Source: the human T2T-CHM13v2.0 reference genome, Homo sapiens. From it: a stretch of DNA of 64,000 nucleotides. A program made the position numbers and the translations under genes. The notes beneath the pieces are model-generated. The model was not told the DNA's origin, ran no database searches, and was given only the letters and a program-made list of their open reading frames with translations. Of this stretch, positions 32,633 through 46,995 are shown piece by piece; position 1 is the stretch's first letter; every line of letters begins with the position of its first letter. Location: the NCBI RefSeq assembly GCF_009914755.1, contig NC_060935.1. One strand, written 5' to 3'.

Positions 32633-33847
32633 TGACCTAATTGACACTCAGACAGTGTTTAAGTGTTGCCTTTTCGCCTCAATCTTGCCAGCACCGTTAT
32701 TTTTTCACTTTTTAATAATAGCCATTCTGACTGGTGTGAGATGGTATCTCATTGTGATTTTGATGTTCATTTCTCTAATGATCAGTGATATTGAGCTTTT
32801 CTTCATATGCTTGTTGGCCACATGCATGTCCTCTTTAGAAAAGTGTCTCTTCATGTCCTTTGCCCACCTTTTAATGGGGTTGTTTGCTTTTTGTATAAAT
32901 TTGTTTAAATTCCTTATAGATGCTGGTTATTAGACCTTTGTCAGATGCATAGTTTGCAAATATTTTCTTGCATTCTAAGGGTTGTCTGTTTACTCTGTTG
33001 ATGGTTTCTTTTGCTGTGCAGAAGCTCTTTAGTTTAATTAAACCCTATTTGTCAGTTTTTGCTTTTGTTGCAATTGCTTTTGGCGTCTTTGTCATGAAAT
33101 CTTTGCCTGTTCCTATGTCCAGGATGGTATTGCCTAGGTTGTCTTTCGGGGTTTTTATAGTTTTGGGTTTTACATTTAAGTCTTTAGCCCATCTTGAGTT
33201 GAAAGGAAGGGGTCTAATTTCAGTCTTCTGCATATAGCTAGGCAGTTATCCCAGCACCATTTAGTGAATAGGGAGTCCTTTCCTCATTGCTTGTTTTTGT
33301 CAGCTTTGTTGAAGATTAGATTGTGATCTTCAATCCGATTGAAGGTTGTGGGTGTGTGGCTTTATTTCTGGGTCCGCTGTTCTGTTCCATTGGTCTATGT
33401 GTCTGTTTTTGTACCAGTACTGTGCTGTTTTTATTACTGTAGCCCTGTGGTATAGTTTGAAGTTGGGAAATGTGAAACCTCCAGTTTTGTTCTATTTGCT
33501 TAGGATTGCCTTGGTTATTTGGACTGTTTTTTGGTTCCATATGAATTTTAAAATAGTTTTTCCTAGTTCTGTGAAGAATGTCATTGGTAGTTTGATAGGA
33601 ATAACATTGAATCTATACATTGCTTTGGGCAGTGTGACCATTTCAATGATATTGATCCTTCTACTCATCTGCATGGGATTTTTTTGTAAAAGCTATTTAA
33701 TTTGGTATAATCCCATTTGTCTGTTTTTGCTTTTGTTGTTTGTGCTTTTGAGATCATCTCCACAAAATCTTTGCCCAGACTAATGTCCTGAAGCGTTTCC
33801 CCTATGTTTTCTTCTATTAGTTTAATAATCTAAAGCCTTACATTTAA

Positions 33848-34145
<298 letters not shown>

Positions 34146-36245
34146 CCATTTTTAGTTGATTTTTGTATATGGTAGGAGATAGGGATCTAGTTTGATTTTT
34201 GTTTGTTTGTTTGTTTGCATATGGATATCCATTCTTCTCAACAATTGAAGAGACTGTCCCTTCTCCAATAAATGTTTTTGGTACCTTTGCCAAAAATCGG
34301 TTGGCTGTAAATGCATGGATTTATTTCTGGGTTCTCTATTCAGTTATTTTGGTCTATGTGTCTGCTTTTATGCCAATATCATGCTGTTTTGGTTACTATA
34401 GGTTGTTGACATCAGGAATTGTGATGCCTCCAGCTTTGCCGTTTTTGCTCAGGATCACTTTGGCTATTCAGGATCTTTTGTGGTTTCATGCAAGTTTTAG
34501 GGTTGTTTATTTCTACGAAGAATGTCATTGGTATTTTGTTACACTGAATCTGTAAATCACTTTGGCCAGTATGGTTATTTCAACAGTATTAATTCTTCCA
34601 ATTCATAAGCATGGGATCACTTTCCATTTTTGGTGTGTTCCCTTCAATTTCTTTCATCAGTATTTTGTAGTTTTCATTGTAGAGATCTTTCAACTCTTTG
34701 TTTAAAGTTATTCCTAAGTATTTTATTTTACTGTAGTTATATAAATGGGATTGCTTTCTTGATTTCTTTATTACTTCCCCTGGGTATAGAAATGCTACTG
34801 ATTTTTGAATATTGATTTTGTATCATTCAGCTTTATTGAATGTGTTTGTCAGTTCTAAGAGGTTTTTAGATTTTCTGTATAAGATCATGTCGTCTTCAAA
34901 CAGGAACAATTTGTCTCCCTTCTTTCCAATTTGGATGTCCTTTATTTCTTTCTCTTGCCTGATTGCTCTGGCTAGTATTATGTTGAATAAAAGTGGTGAA
35001 AGTGGACATCCTCATCTTATTCCATATCTAAGAGGAAATGGTTTGAACTTGTCCCCATTCAGTATGTTGTTGGTTGTGGGTTTGTCATTGATGGCCTTTA
35101 TTGTGTTAGGTACGTTCCTTCTATGCCTAACTTGTTGAGAGTATTTATCATGAAGGGATGTTGAATTTTATCAGATGCTTCTCTGTGTCTTTTGAGATGA
35201 TCATATGGCTTTTGTCCTTCATTTTGTTGAAGTATCATGTTTATTGACTTGTGTACATTTTGTCATCCTTGCATATCTGGGATGAATCCCACTTGATCAT
35301 GGCAAGTGATCTTCTGATGTGCCACAAGATTTAGTTTGCTTGTATTTTGTTAAGGACTTTTACATCTGTGTTCATCTGGGATATTGGCCTGCAGTTTGTT
35401 TTTTTTTTTAATAGTGTCTTTAACTGATTTTGTTATCTATATAATGCTAACCTCATAGAATGAGTTTGGAAGAAATCCCCCCTCTTGATTTTCTGGAAGA
35501 GTTTGAGAGTAATCGGTGTTAGTTCTTTAAGGGTTTGGTACAATTTAGCAGTGAAAGCATCGGGTCCTGAATTTTTCTTTGATAGACTTTTTATTACAGA
35601 TTCAATCTATTTACTTGTGTTCTGTTCAGATTTTCTATTCCTGGTTCAATCTTGGTAGGTTGTATGTGTCCAGGAATGTATCCATTTCCTCTAGGTTTTC
35701 CAATTTGTTAGCATATAGTTGTTCATCATAGTCTCTAATAAACATTTATAATTCTATGGTATCTATTTTAATGTCTCTTTGTTTCTGATTTTATTTATTT
35801 TGGTGTTTTCTCTTTTTTTTTCTTGGTTAGTCTAGCTAATGGTGTGTCAATTTTGCTTATCTTTTTTAAAAACCAGGTTTTCTTATTGATCTTTTGTATT
35901 TTTTAAGTCTCAATTTTGTTCATTTCTGCTCTGACCTTTGTTATTTCTTTCCTTCTACTTTGCTTTTCTAGTTGTTTGAGATGCATCATTAGGTTTTGTA
36001 TTTGAAATCATTCAACTTTTTTGATGTAGACATCTGGTGGAGCAGTTGCCTTTTCCAGACTTCCTAGTGTTGCAAAGGGAAAGATTAGTGTTCCAGTTGG
36101 GAATGGTGTGGTGAGTAAGTTTCCAGATAGGTGCAGTGGTATAGTCTCTTTGCAGCTTCTTGACCTGTGTTCAACATCAGCAATAATATGAGTGACTCAG
36201 TGGTATAGGCTGTAGAAGTTTGTGGCAGTGGTGGCAGCAGCATAG

Positions 36246-36562
<317 letters not shown>

Positions 36563-38289
36563 TTAAGGTACTCAGTTGCAACAGTTTGGGAGATCCTCAT
36601 GTTTTCATTTTTCCTACAATAGGAAGACTTAGCTGACCCTGCTGTTAGGTCTGACATGGTCTACAAGCAGCAGCAGTGGTGCTTGGAGCAGCAGTGGGGC
36701 CACAGTACTGCATCAGAATCCCATGAACCTTTTGTGTTACCTGGGTCTTTGGGTGCAGATTCACCCTCTGTGGCAGGGTTGGATGTAAGTTTCCCACAAG
36801 AACTAGGATCTGTGACAATGGAGGCACCCTCCAGCAGCTCGGAACCAGAGGGCTCAGTTGTAACTGTGGTTTTACTCAAGCCACAGCACTGGCCTGACCC
36901 TGGGGAAGCAGGGATGTTCTGGAGGTTTGGGCTGGGGGAGCAGGGTACACTGTACAGTAGTGACTTTAGACACTGGGATGGTGGGTGTTGGCTGTATCCC
37001 AGACTGTGAGGCTGGGTGCAGCAGCAGCAAGTACCCTAGAATGGTGGAGCTCAGCTGTCATTTGGGCCCTAAGGGTGGCAGGTGGCCTAAAGGCACAGTG
37101 ATGACTCTACTTCCCAAGGAAAGGGGTGTCTCTGCAACTCGGACTCGTGGGGGTTAGTCTAGCTTCAGGCAAGCAGGGTACTAGAGTCATTGTGTAGGGT
37201 GGGGTGTCTCAGCTCAGCCACTGCTCTTGTTTCCCTGGGATGCAGCATACTGCATCAGCTCAGCCCTGGGATGCACAGATGCTTAGCTTAGCCAGGTCAC
37301 TGATTTCCCAGAGGGTGATAATCCACTTCACCATAGACCTGTGGGGCATTACTGTTCTGGGCAGCCCAGGTTCCATTTCTCATGATACTGGGTGCTACTT
37401 CAGCTTACCAAATGGGGTCGTGGTTTCTCTGGGCAGCCAAGGCACCATTTCCTGGGATGCAGGGCACTGCTTCAACCCTGATGGCAGAGGGGTGTTACTG
37501 CTCTGAGTGGCCCCAGTACTCTTTTCCCAGGAGGCAGCATACTGCTGCAGCTCCAGCTTGAGGGGGTGGGAGAGGGGTAGGTGGAGTGCCTCCACCTCTG
37601 CTTTGACCCTACGTGTAAGGGTGTAACAGCTGCTCACAACTCTGCCTGGGGAAGTTGGACCACCAGACTGGGGTGGTTCAGCAGCTTAGCCTTAGAGATG
37701 AAGGGGAGCCATGGCTACTCACCCCTGAAGCAAGGTACACTTCAGCCATAGTTTCAATTCCAAGATGGCAGTAGCCACACAGGCACTGGGGGCAGGACAG
37801 AGTGTCATTTTCCCTTGGGAGAGCACAGCTATTTGGACCCCAGGCAGCTCCTTCAGCTGGCATATTGCTTGTCAGGACTGCAGGTGACCCCAGTGGTGAG
37901 GTCTGTAGATGTCCAATGTGTTGATGGAGGTTGCTGGGATCCTCTTGCTTACCTCCTTGCCATAGGGAGAAGTTCCTCCTGATTCCCACTTGATCCTGGC
38001 TGGGATTTGGGGTGGTAGGAGACTGGTGTTCCCTTTCATTCTCAATGTGGCCATCCTGAGTTTTTGTGCTCACCAGCGTTTCTGTTACTCCACTGATGTC
38101 TCCAGAGCTCTCCCTGGGTTATTTTCATTAACATAGTTGTATATTTCATTGTTCTTGCTGTCTTTGTGAAAGGGGCAAGTGCTAGTGGCTTCTAGTCAGC
38201 CCTTGCTGATATCACTCTCCAAAGCCACCAATTTTAATGTACATTGCAGTTTCAGACATTGTAGTATTGGGGGAGGTGTCCATTTTAGA

Positions 38290-39240
<951 letters not shown>

Positions 39241-39910
39241 AAAACAGTTGTTCTGGATGTCTTTTATGTACAATGATGATGAATAAATTGATATGCTTTT
39301 ATCAAAATGGTTAGTATTCTACTATATATTAAAATAGTAATATTAATTTTTCTTGAATTTTACAAAGAAAAAATTTGAAATTATATTGAAGCATCCACTG
39401 AGTACTTACTGTGTCCCAAGCACTGGTTACTGTTGTGTTTGGCAGTTCTTTTTACTAATCCTTTATTGGATATGTGGTTTGCAAATATTTTCTCCCACTC
39501 TGTGGCAGGTCCTTTCGTCCTTTTAACAGAGTCTTTCATAGAGCAAAAGTTTTTAATATTGATAAAGTCTAATTTATCAATTATTTTTATAGATCATGCC
39601 TTTGGTATCAAGTCTAAAATTTCTTAATCTGTAGTTTCACCTCTCCCTTTTTTTTCTTGTCTCTTGTGTTCCTTTAACAAACCCTAGTAGTCCTCAATAT
39701 AACATCTGAATTACAGGTTGATATATTGTAATAATACACAGAAAATATCAAATAAGTATGTTTATGATTCAGATTTTACTTTCTGGTACTAGAAGATATT
39801 TTATGGTCGTTTTATACTGCCTAAACTTGGAATCAAAGAATCCTGGTCTTTCATTGGAAAATGATATGTAGAGATCATCATCTATGTTCCTACAGACCAG
39901 ATGTTACTAA

Positions 39911-40252
<342 letters not shown>

Positions 40253-40436
40253 TGTAATTAACTTTTTAAATATAAAAAGTCACAAATCTACACTCATATT
40301 TTCCGTGTAAGATTATGGAATTTTTACTTGAAGTCTTTGATTTTATACTTGCGTCTCTTTACGTCTGTGCAGAAAACCTTGGTTCCTAAGATGATAATTG
40401 CTTTATCATATAACCTACCTACAATAGTTTCAGGTG

Positions 40437-40737
40437 TTTTTTTTTTTTTTTTTTTGAGATGGAGTTTTGCTTTTTTTACTCAGGCTAGAGTGAAATGGCG
40501 TGATCTCGTCTCACTGTAACCTCTGCCCCCCAGGTTCCAGTGATTCTCCTGCCTCAGCCTCCCTAGTAGCTGAGATTACAAGTGCCTGCCACCACGCCCG
40601 GCTAATTTTTGTATTTTTAGTAGAGACGGGGTTTCGCCATGTTGGCGGGGCTGGTCTTGAACTCCTGACCTCAGGTGATCTGCCTGCCTCAGCCTCCCAA
40701 AGGGCTGGGATTACAGGCGTGGGCCACTGTGCCCGGC
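40437..40737 (-). mobile_element. AluSx-type
   Basis: Poly-T, full body, and tagtttcag repeated on both flanks. Confidence 0.93.
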
Positions 40738-43069
40738 TAGTTTCAGAACTTAAATACCAACTTTACTACTATACAATAAGACTTCTAAATGCAGCTTAAA
40801 TTTTGTTTATATTTTCTTATAGAATGTATCTCATAAGAAATGTACAGTCAAAATATTGTTTTTTTTTTTAAAGTCACTTGTAGTCACTATTTTCACCTAT
40901 TCTGTTACCAACTTGACATACAACCAGATTTCAGTGTTTTCTTTTTTTCAATTTTGGGGAGGATTGCTTCTTTTTCCCTTGTTTAGTTTAATTTTGTGTT
41001 TTAGTTATGCAAAAAATTACTAATTTTTTAGTAATTTTTATGTACATTTTAAGATAACAGGACATTCTGTTTCTTCTTCTGTTATCTTCCTTTGTGGATA
41101 GATGACCATTTTCTTTTTATTTTTGGGGTTATTTTGAAAATATTAGATATGTATATATTCACCCTTATGCAAAAGTTAGCATATTCTAGATATTGTTCTA
41201 TACTTTGCTTTTATTCAATTAAAATTCTTTCTCAGAAATCACTTCATTATTCTATAGAGATATTTCTCATTCCTTTTTATGGCTGTGCACACATGCACAC
41301 CAACTTTCCTAGACAGGTATTTGATTAATTCTGCACACCCCCATGACCTGGACTAATATTCATGTATATTTCAAATATAAGGTTTTTATTCTTGTGTAGA
41401 ATAAATTGTATAGACAATTACATTCTACGTAATTAATGCTCATTTGAATTTTACCCATTCTTTTGCTATTACAAATAATATTGTATTGAATATTCTTGTA
41501 TATGTGTAATGTCATTTTATATTGCTAGAGGTGAGATTGATATATCAAAGGGTTAATGAGGGCTGGGCATGATGGCTTATACCTGTAATCCCAGCACTTT
41601 GGGAGGCCAAGGCAGGAAGATTGCTTGAGGCCAGTTCTGGAGGGATGGAGAAAGGGAAGGAGAGGGCAACGTTACTAGTTGTTGCCAAATTCTCCTCAAT
41701 GCTGTGTACCATTTGACTTTCTTACCAACAATGGAATGAGAATACCCATTTTTCCTCAGTCTTACCAAAGAGTGTGTTGAAGGGTCATTTTTAAATTATT
41801 GACTTTAGGTTTTTCCTGCCACCCAGGCATTGTAAATCAGGGTTGTATGTTTGGGGCCTGTCTTATGCATATTGGAGACGGGGTGGAGTTAGGGAGGAAG
41901 TATGTGTTTGACTGCTCAACACCAAGGTTCTAAACTGAATTGGGGAAATGGGTGACAGCAGATGAGACTGTAAATTCACATTTGCTCTGTAGATATATTT
42001 GTTTGTCCCAGCTCTGTTATTTAGGGCAGTTTCTTCTTAGAGTTCTCACTTTGGTTGAACTTTGGGCTTTGTCTCCTATTTCCTCCATGTTCGTTGACTA
42101 CATGGAGAATTACAAGAAGCCAAACTATCAATGACACATAATAACCTAATGTTATGCACAATTATGAAGTATTGTTCTTTGTCCCTGATAATGTTTTTAA
42201 TAATTGTAATAGATATTCGTTGAGAGTGGAATATCCAGTTACCATTAATGAATTTTTTTCACCCACCATGGGGGATTGGGAATATTGTTTTAGAAACTGT
42301 TTTTGTGGGTCTGGAATAAGACCCACACGTGCCTTGGGAAAGATTTTTAGAGATTCACTTTTTCCTTTGATAGACTTGCTTATTGGGCGGTTTTCTGCAG
42401 TCTGAGGAATAGGGCCAATTTGACTGTCAGTCTTTTGTTGATTAAGTGAGAGTGCCATCCAGTGGGAGAAAAAGCTAATACAAGTTTTTTAAACTTTAGA
42501 ATATGCAGAGGAAATTATTTCTTGTGCTAAGTTATGTTCTCCAGAAGTCCACAATACTAAAAAGTTGGGAACTGTATGTTGGAAGGTGAGAGAAGTGGAA
42601 GAAAGTAGTCTTGCAGAACAGTAGCACGCATATAATAGGGACCTAATAAGTAGCCGTTATTACCATGATTCTTCTTCTTGCGTGGAAGTTGGTGATCAAG
42701 TTAAATAATAGGTAAATTAGGAGCTTCTCTGACAGATATTTGTGATTAATACATGTAAAATTCTATTGTCATTTTTTGACTATGTGATATACAGATATTA
42801 TAAATTTTATCCTTTTTTGTCTTTAACCCTATTACTCAGGACCCACCCCTGGTCCCCAAAAAAATGTTACCAGTTTCTAGTATATCTGTCTTAAAATATT
42901 ACACTCTATTATAAACATGTATGTATATTTCTTGGCATACTCATTCATTTAACAAATAGTGTGGCTACTATGTACCTGGCACTCTTCTAGGCGGGATAAA
43001 GCAGTGAACCTCATGTTCAGTGTAAGGTATGCATATTCTACATATTGTTCTGTACCTTGCTTTTTTCGT

Positions 43070-43700
43070 CAATAAGTTTCCCTCTAATGACTGTTACAGC
43101 TGCATCCCACAAATTTATTCAATTCAAAATACACCCTTGTGATTTCTGCTTTGGTCCATGGATTATTTAGAAGCATGTTTAATTTCTAAGTGTTAAGAAA
43201 TTTTAAAAATGTCTTTCTGTTATTAATTTCTAATTTAATTTGGTTGTGATAAGAGAACATGCTCTATATGCTATCATTCCTTTAAATTTGTTCAGACTTG
43301 CTTTATGGCCCAGCATGTGGTCTCTCTCATTGAATGTTCCACATTGATTTAGAATGAAGTACCTACTCTGTTATTGTTGGAGTGTTACGTAATTACCATT
43401 TGAGTCAAGTTGTTCAGGTCTTTTAAATCCTTATTTATTTTGTCTATTAATTCTGTTAATTACTGAAAGAAGAAGAATGAAATTTCTACCTATAGTTCAG
43501 GGTTGTCTCTTTCTCTTTTCAGTTCTGTCAGGTTTTGCTTCAGGTATTTTTATATGGTTATTAGGTGCATACACATTAGGTTATTATGTGTCATTGATAG
43601 TTTGGCTTCTTTATCATTATGAAGTATTGTTCTTTGTCCCTGATAATGTTTTTAATAATTGTAATTTTCTTATGGTTAATGTTTAAATGTTATGGGTTTT
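43070..43700 (-). mobile_element. Ancient L1M ORF2 (endonuclease-region) fragment
   Basis: cagctgcatcccacaaattt...tttaaatttgttcagacttgctttatggcccagcatgtggtc is typical antisense L1M. Confidence 0.7.
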
Positions 43701-45869
43701 CCCACCCTTTTTCTTTAAATATAAAAAAAAGTGGATTTCTTCTATATAGCACTTTCTTGACTTTTCCTTTTCTAAACCTCTCTTACAATCTCTTCCTATA
43801 ATCTTAATTTTTTAAAAAAAATCAGTTTCACTTTTTCTTTGCAAAATGTAGTATGAAAAACTATTGTCTTTTTAGCTTGTGATTATTTGCCTTTTTGTTT
43901 TCTTTTTTAAAATTTTATGTGCAAATAGTGTATAACAATGATGTAAAATTTGCAAGATATGAAAGAGTTTATATTGAAGAGTTAGTCTCCTTCCCTTCCT
44001 ATACCCCTACTATTATATTCCATACACAGAGGCAATCATTTTGTCTAATTGTGTACTGTTCCACACATGCTATAACCATTTATAAGCAGATATGAATGTG
44101 TTCTTTTTGCTTTCACCCACGTTATTGTATATTATATATGCTAGTTATATAAATCTTTGTATAACCTTTTTAGTTGTGAAATGTACCATACACAGAAAAT
44201 TGCATAAACTTACAGGTACAGTAATAACGAATAGTTATATAATGAACACCTGTGTGATCATCAGCCAGGTGAAAATATAGAAAGAAGACATCCAAATATC
44301 ATTTCTCAGTTAGAACTCCGTACCCCAGAGGTAACCACTCTCCTGACCTTTATGATAATCATTTCCTTGCCTTTCTTTTTGCTGTTACCACTTATACTTA
44401 CATCCCTAAACAGTGTAGTTTATATTTACCTGTTTTTGAAATTTATATGAATGGAGCAAAACATACCTTTTTCTTTTTAAAATGTGTTTTTGCTTTCTTC
44501 ACTCAGTCATGTTCATAACATTCATTTATATTGCCTATAAGGATAATTTATTTTCTATAGATGTCGTTGTATGAATGTACCACAAGAAAACACATCATAG
44601 GAAAAGGTTTTTTAAATTTTACTGTTGGTGGGCACTGGATCATTTCCAGTTTATTACGCAAATAATAGTGCTGTAGTGTGCTTGTACGTGTGTGCTCTTA
44701 CACTTCAGCACTCATGTCTGGGTATACAATTAGGAGTAGAGTTGCTAGAGCACAGGGTGTGCTGCTCTTACATGTTAATTCCAAAGTACTGTACTTTTCC
44801 AAAGTACTGCAGTAAAATTTTATTTCATACCTCCATAGACTTCTCAACCCTGGGTATTGTGTGACTGCTAATCTCGTAGTCATGTAGTAGTTTCCCATTG
44901 TGTTTGAATTACTAATGAAGTAATATATTTTTTGTCTTATGAAGTAATTGTATATAATTATTTTGCCCATTTTTCTTTTGGGTTGCATACTCTTTTTTTT
45001 TTTAACAATTAGTATTCTTCATTGGTGATGGAAAATATACAAACGTGTATATGTGTGTGGCTGGCCAATATCTTTTCAGACTCTGTGACTTCATTGTTTT
45101 TATGAGCAGAGGTTCTGGGTTTTAACATAGTCAAATGTATTGGTCTTTATGGTCAGACTTTTTTCCCACAGGAACATGAAAATATTCTCCATAAGCTCTA
45201 TACCTTTCCCTTTTACATTTAGGTCTTTACTCCACTCATACAGTTGTGGGAATACAAATTGTCATAGTCTTTCTGTGGGCAGTTTGATGATACATATCAA
45301 AATTTTGAATGTGCCTATCCTTTAATCCAAGAATTCTACTTTAAGAAATTTATCTTGGCCAAATACATTAAACATTGTACAAAGATGTCTATGTGTATAT
45401 ATACAGATGCCAACACAACATTTTCCTACCCATTCTATGGCAAATAAGTGCAAAGGGTAAAGGTATCCCTGTTGAGTGATATCATCAGCCGCCTGTATTT
45501 TGCCAAGTGCCTAACAGTGTAATATAATCTTTATCAGTCACTGTGGAGCTGTAAGGAAAGTATCTTACCCAAAAGGATTTTATATAATTACTTTGAAAAC
45601 TCTCATGTAATTTCATTATCACATTTATGATAAATTAGGTGGTTAGCATTAGCACATTTTAAGATGGAAGGGTCAAGTGATAGACTGGGGAATCATTGAA
45701 AAAACTTTGCAGTAAAAGTGTTTAATATCTAAGGCTATTATAACAGTGAAATAAATAGAGATTGCATTGCATTCTGTAAGACCTTAAGTTTGGTGCTTTT
45801 TTTTTAAGCAGAGAACACAGTAGATTAGGAAAGAATGCTTATTTATTTGCATTTTGGATACCTCTAGAA

Positions 45870-46107
45870 CAGTGGTTTTCAGTGGGGTGGAAGAGGGGAC
45901 AGTTTCACACTCCTGGGATTATTTGAGCTGTGGGCAATCTCTGGAAACATTTTAGATTGTTAGAATTTGGGACTGTGGGTTGGGTGGGGACAATGGTGCC
46001 GGTGAGTAGAGCCCAGGAATGCTGCTAAACATCCTTCAATGGACAGGAAAGCCCCTACAAATTTATCTGGCCCAAAATGTCATTAGTGTCAATATCGAGA
46101 AACCCTG
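45870..46107 (+). mobile_element. MER20 (hAT-Charlie MITE)
   Basis: cagtggtttt...gctgctaaacatcc...tatctggcccaaaatgtca...gagaaaccctg. 8-bp TSD ctctagaa/ctttagaa. Confidence 0.88.
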
Positions 46108-46264
46108 CTTTAGAATGATTGTTTCTATGCGTTGATAATAAGTTAGCCTCTAATTTGGGTCATATTATAAAGGTACTTGACCTGGTATGGGGCATAAAGG
46201 ATTTTCTTGGAGAGGTGACATTATGACAGTATACTTTGTTACATGAATATGTCATAGAAGACAT

Positions 46265-46995
46265 CATAATCAACCTGCATTTAACTAATTCACCAAATTT
46301 GTGATGTTCTGCATTCTTTTTACGTAACACTTTGCTAGGTTCCTGTGGCTCTCTCTAAACACGTAAAGCCACCTTCAGCTTGCTGCCACTGTTCTGCTTC
46401 TGTCAGTTGCGTTGTTTACCAAGATCTTATTGTGTTTGTTTGCCTGCTTATTTATGTAAAATCAGTTAAATATGAACACAAACTATTGACAAGATTATAT
46501 AAAGGATATAGTTGGTTTTTTTCTATGCAAACAAAAGTGACTGCTTTGGAAACACTCAGGAAGAAGAAAACACTAAAAAATGCTATGGAATGGAGCAAGT
46601 AAAATTGTTTTACTCACAAACAGTTGTAAATTGTTTGTAAACAAATTGTTTTACTCCATTCCACAATTTTTTTTAGTGTTTTCTCCTTCCTGAGTTGTCT
46701 CCTCCTAGTTTGAAGAGCCCGAGTAGGAGGGTGGAAATCGTAGAATTCAAGGAGGATTCTCTACTTGGCAAGTGCTCATAGATTTTTTTTTTCTTCTATT
46801 TAAAGTAACCAAAACTGGAAATTACCTAAAACCTATGAATGTGTTTTAGATAGGGAAGATGATGAGGATTCCAGTCAGTGGATATATCCTCAAAGAATGC
46901 TGGCAAACGAATCTGTATGTTTTTACTTGAAATGTCTTGTTTCCAATTAACAACTGACTGCCAGCTCCAATCACATCAAAAAATTCTGTCTACAG
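46265..46995 (+). mobile_element. Probable ancient Tigger-like DNA transposon fossil
   Basis: The translation SMQTKVTALETL resembles the N-terminal HTH of Tigger/pogo transposases. Family and ends are uncertain. Confidence 0.4.
46554..46695. repeat. Inverted repeat, 42-bp arms (37/42 identical), 58-bp spacer
   Basis: 46554-46595 is the reverse complement of 46654-46695. Confidence 0.93.

Noticed and set aside
33045-33674. Reverse-transcriptase/ORF2-like peptides as a possible novel retro-element system
   Set aside because: Ordinary truncated, frameshifted L1 ORF2 remnants.
36600-38100. GC-richer ORF-dense block as a possible embedded gene or CpG-island promoter
   Set aside because: CpG-depleted, contiguous with antisense L1 sequence and best explained as an old L1 5'UTR. 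No coherent protein or splice structure.
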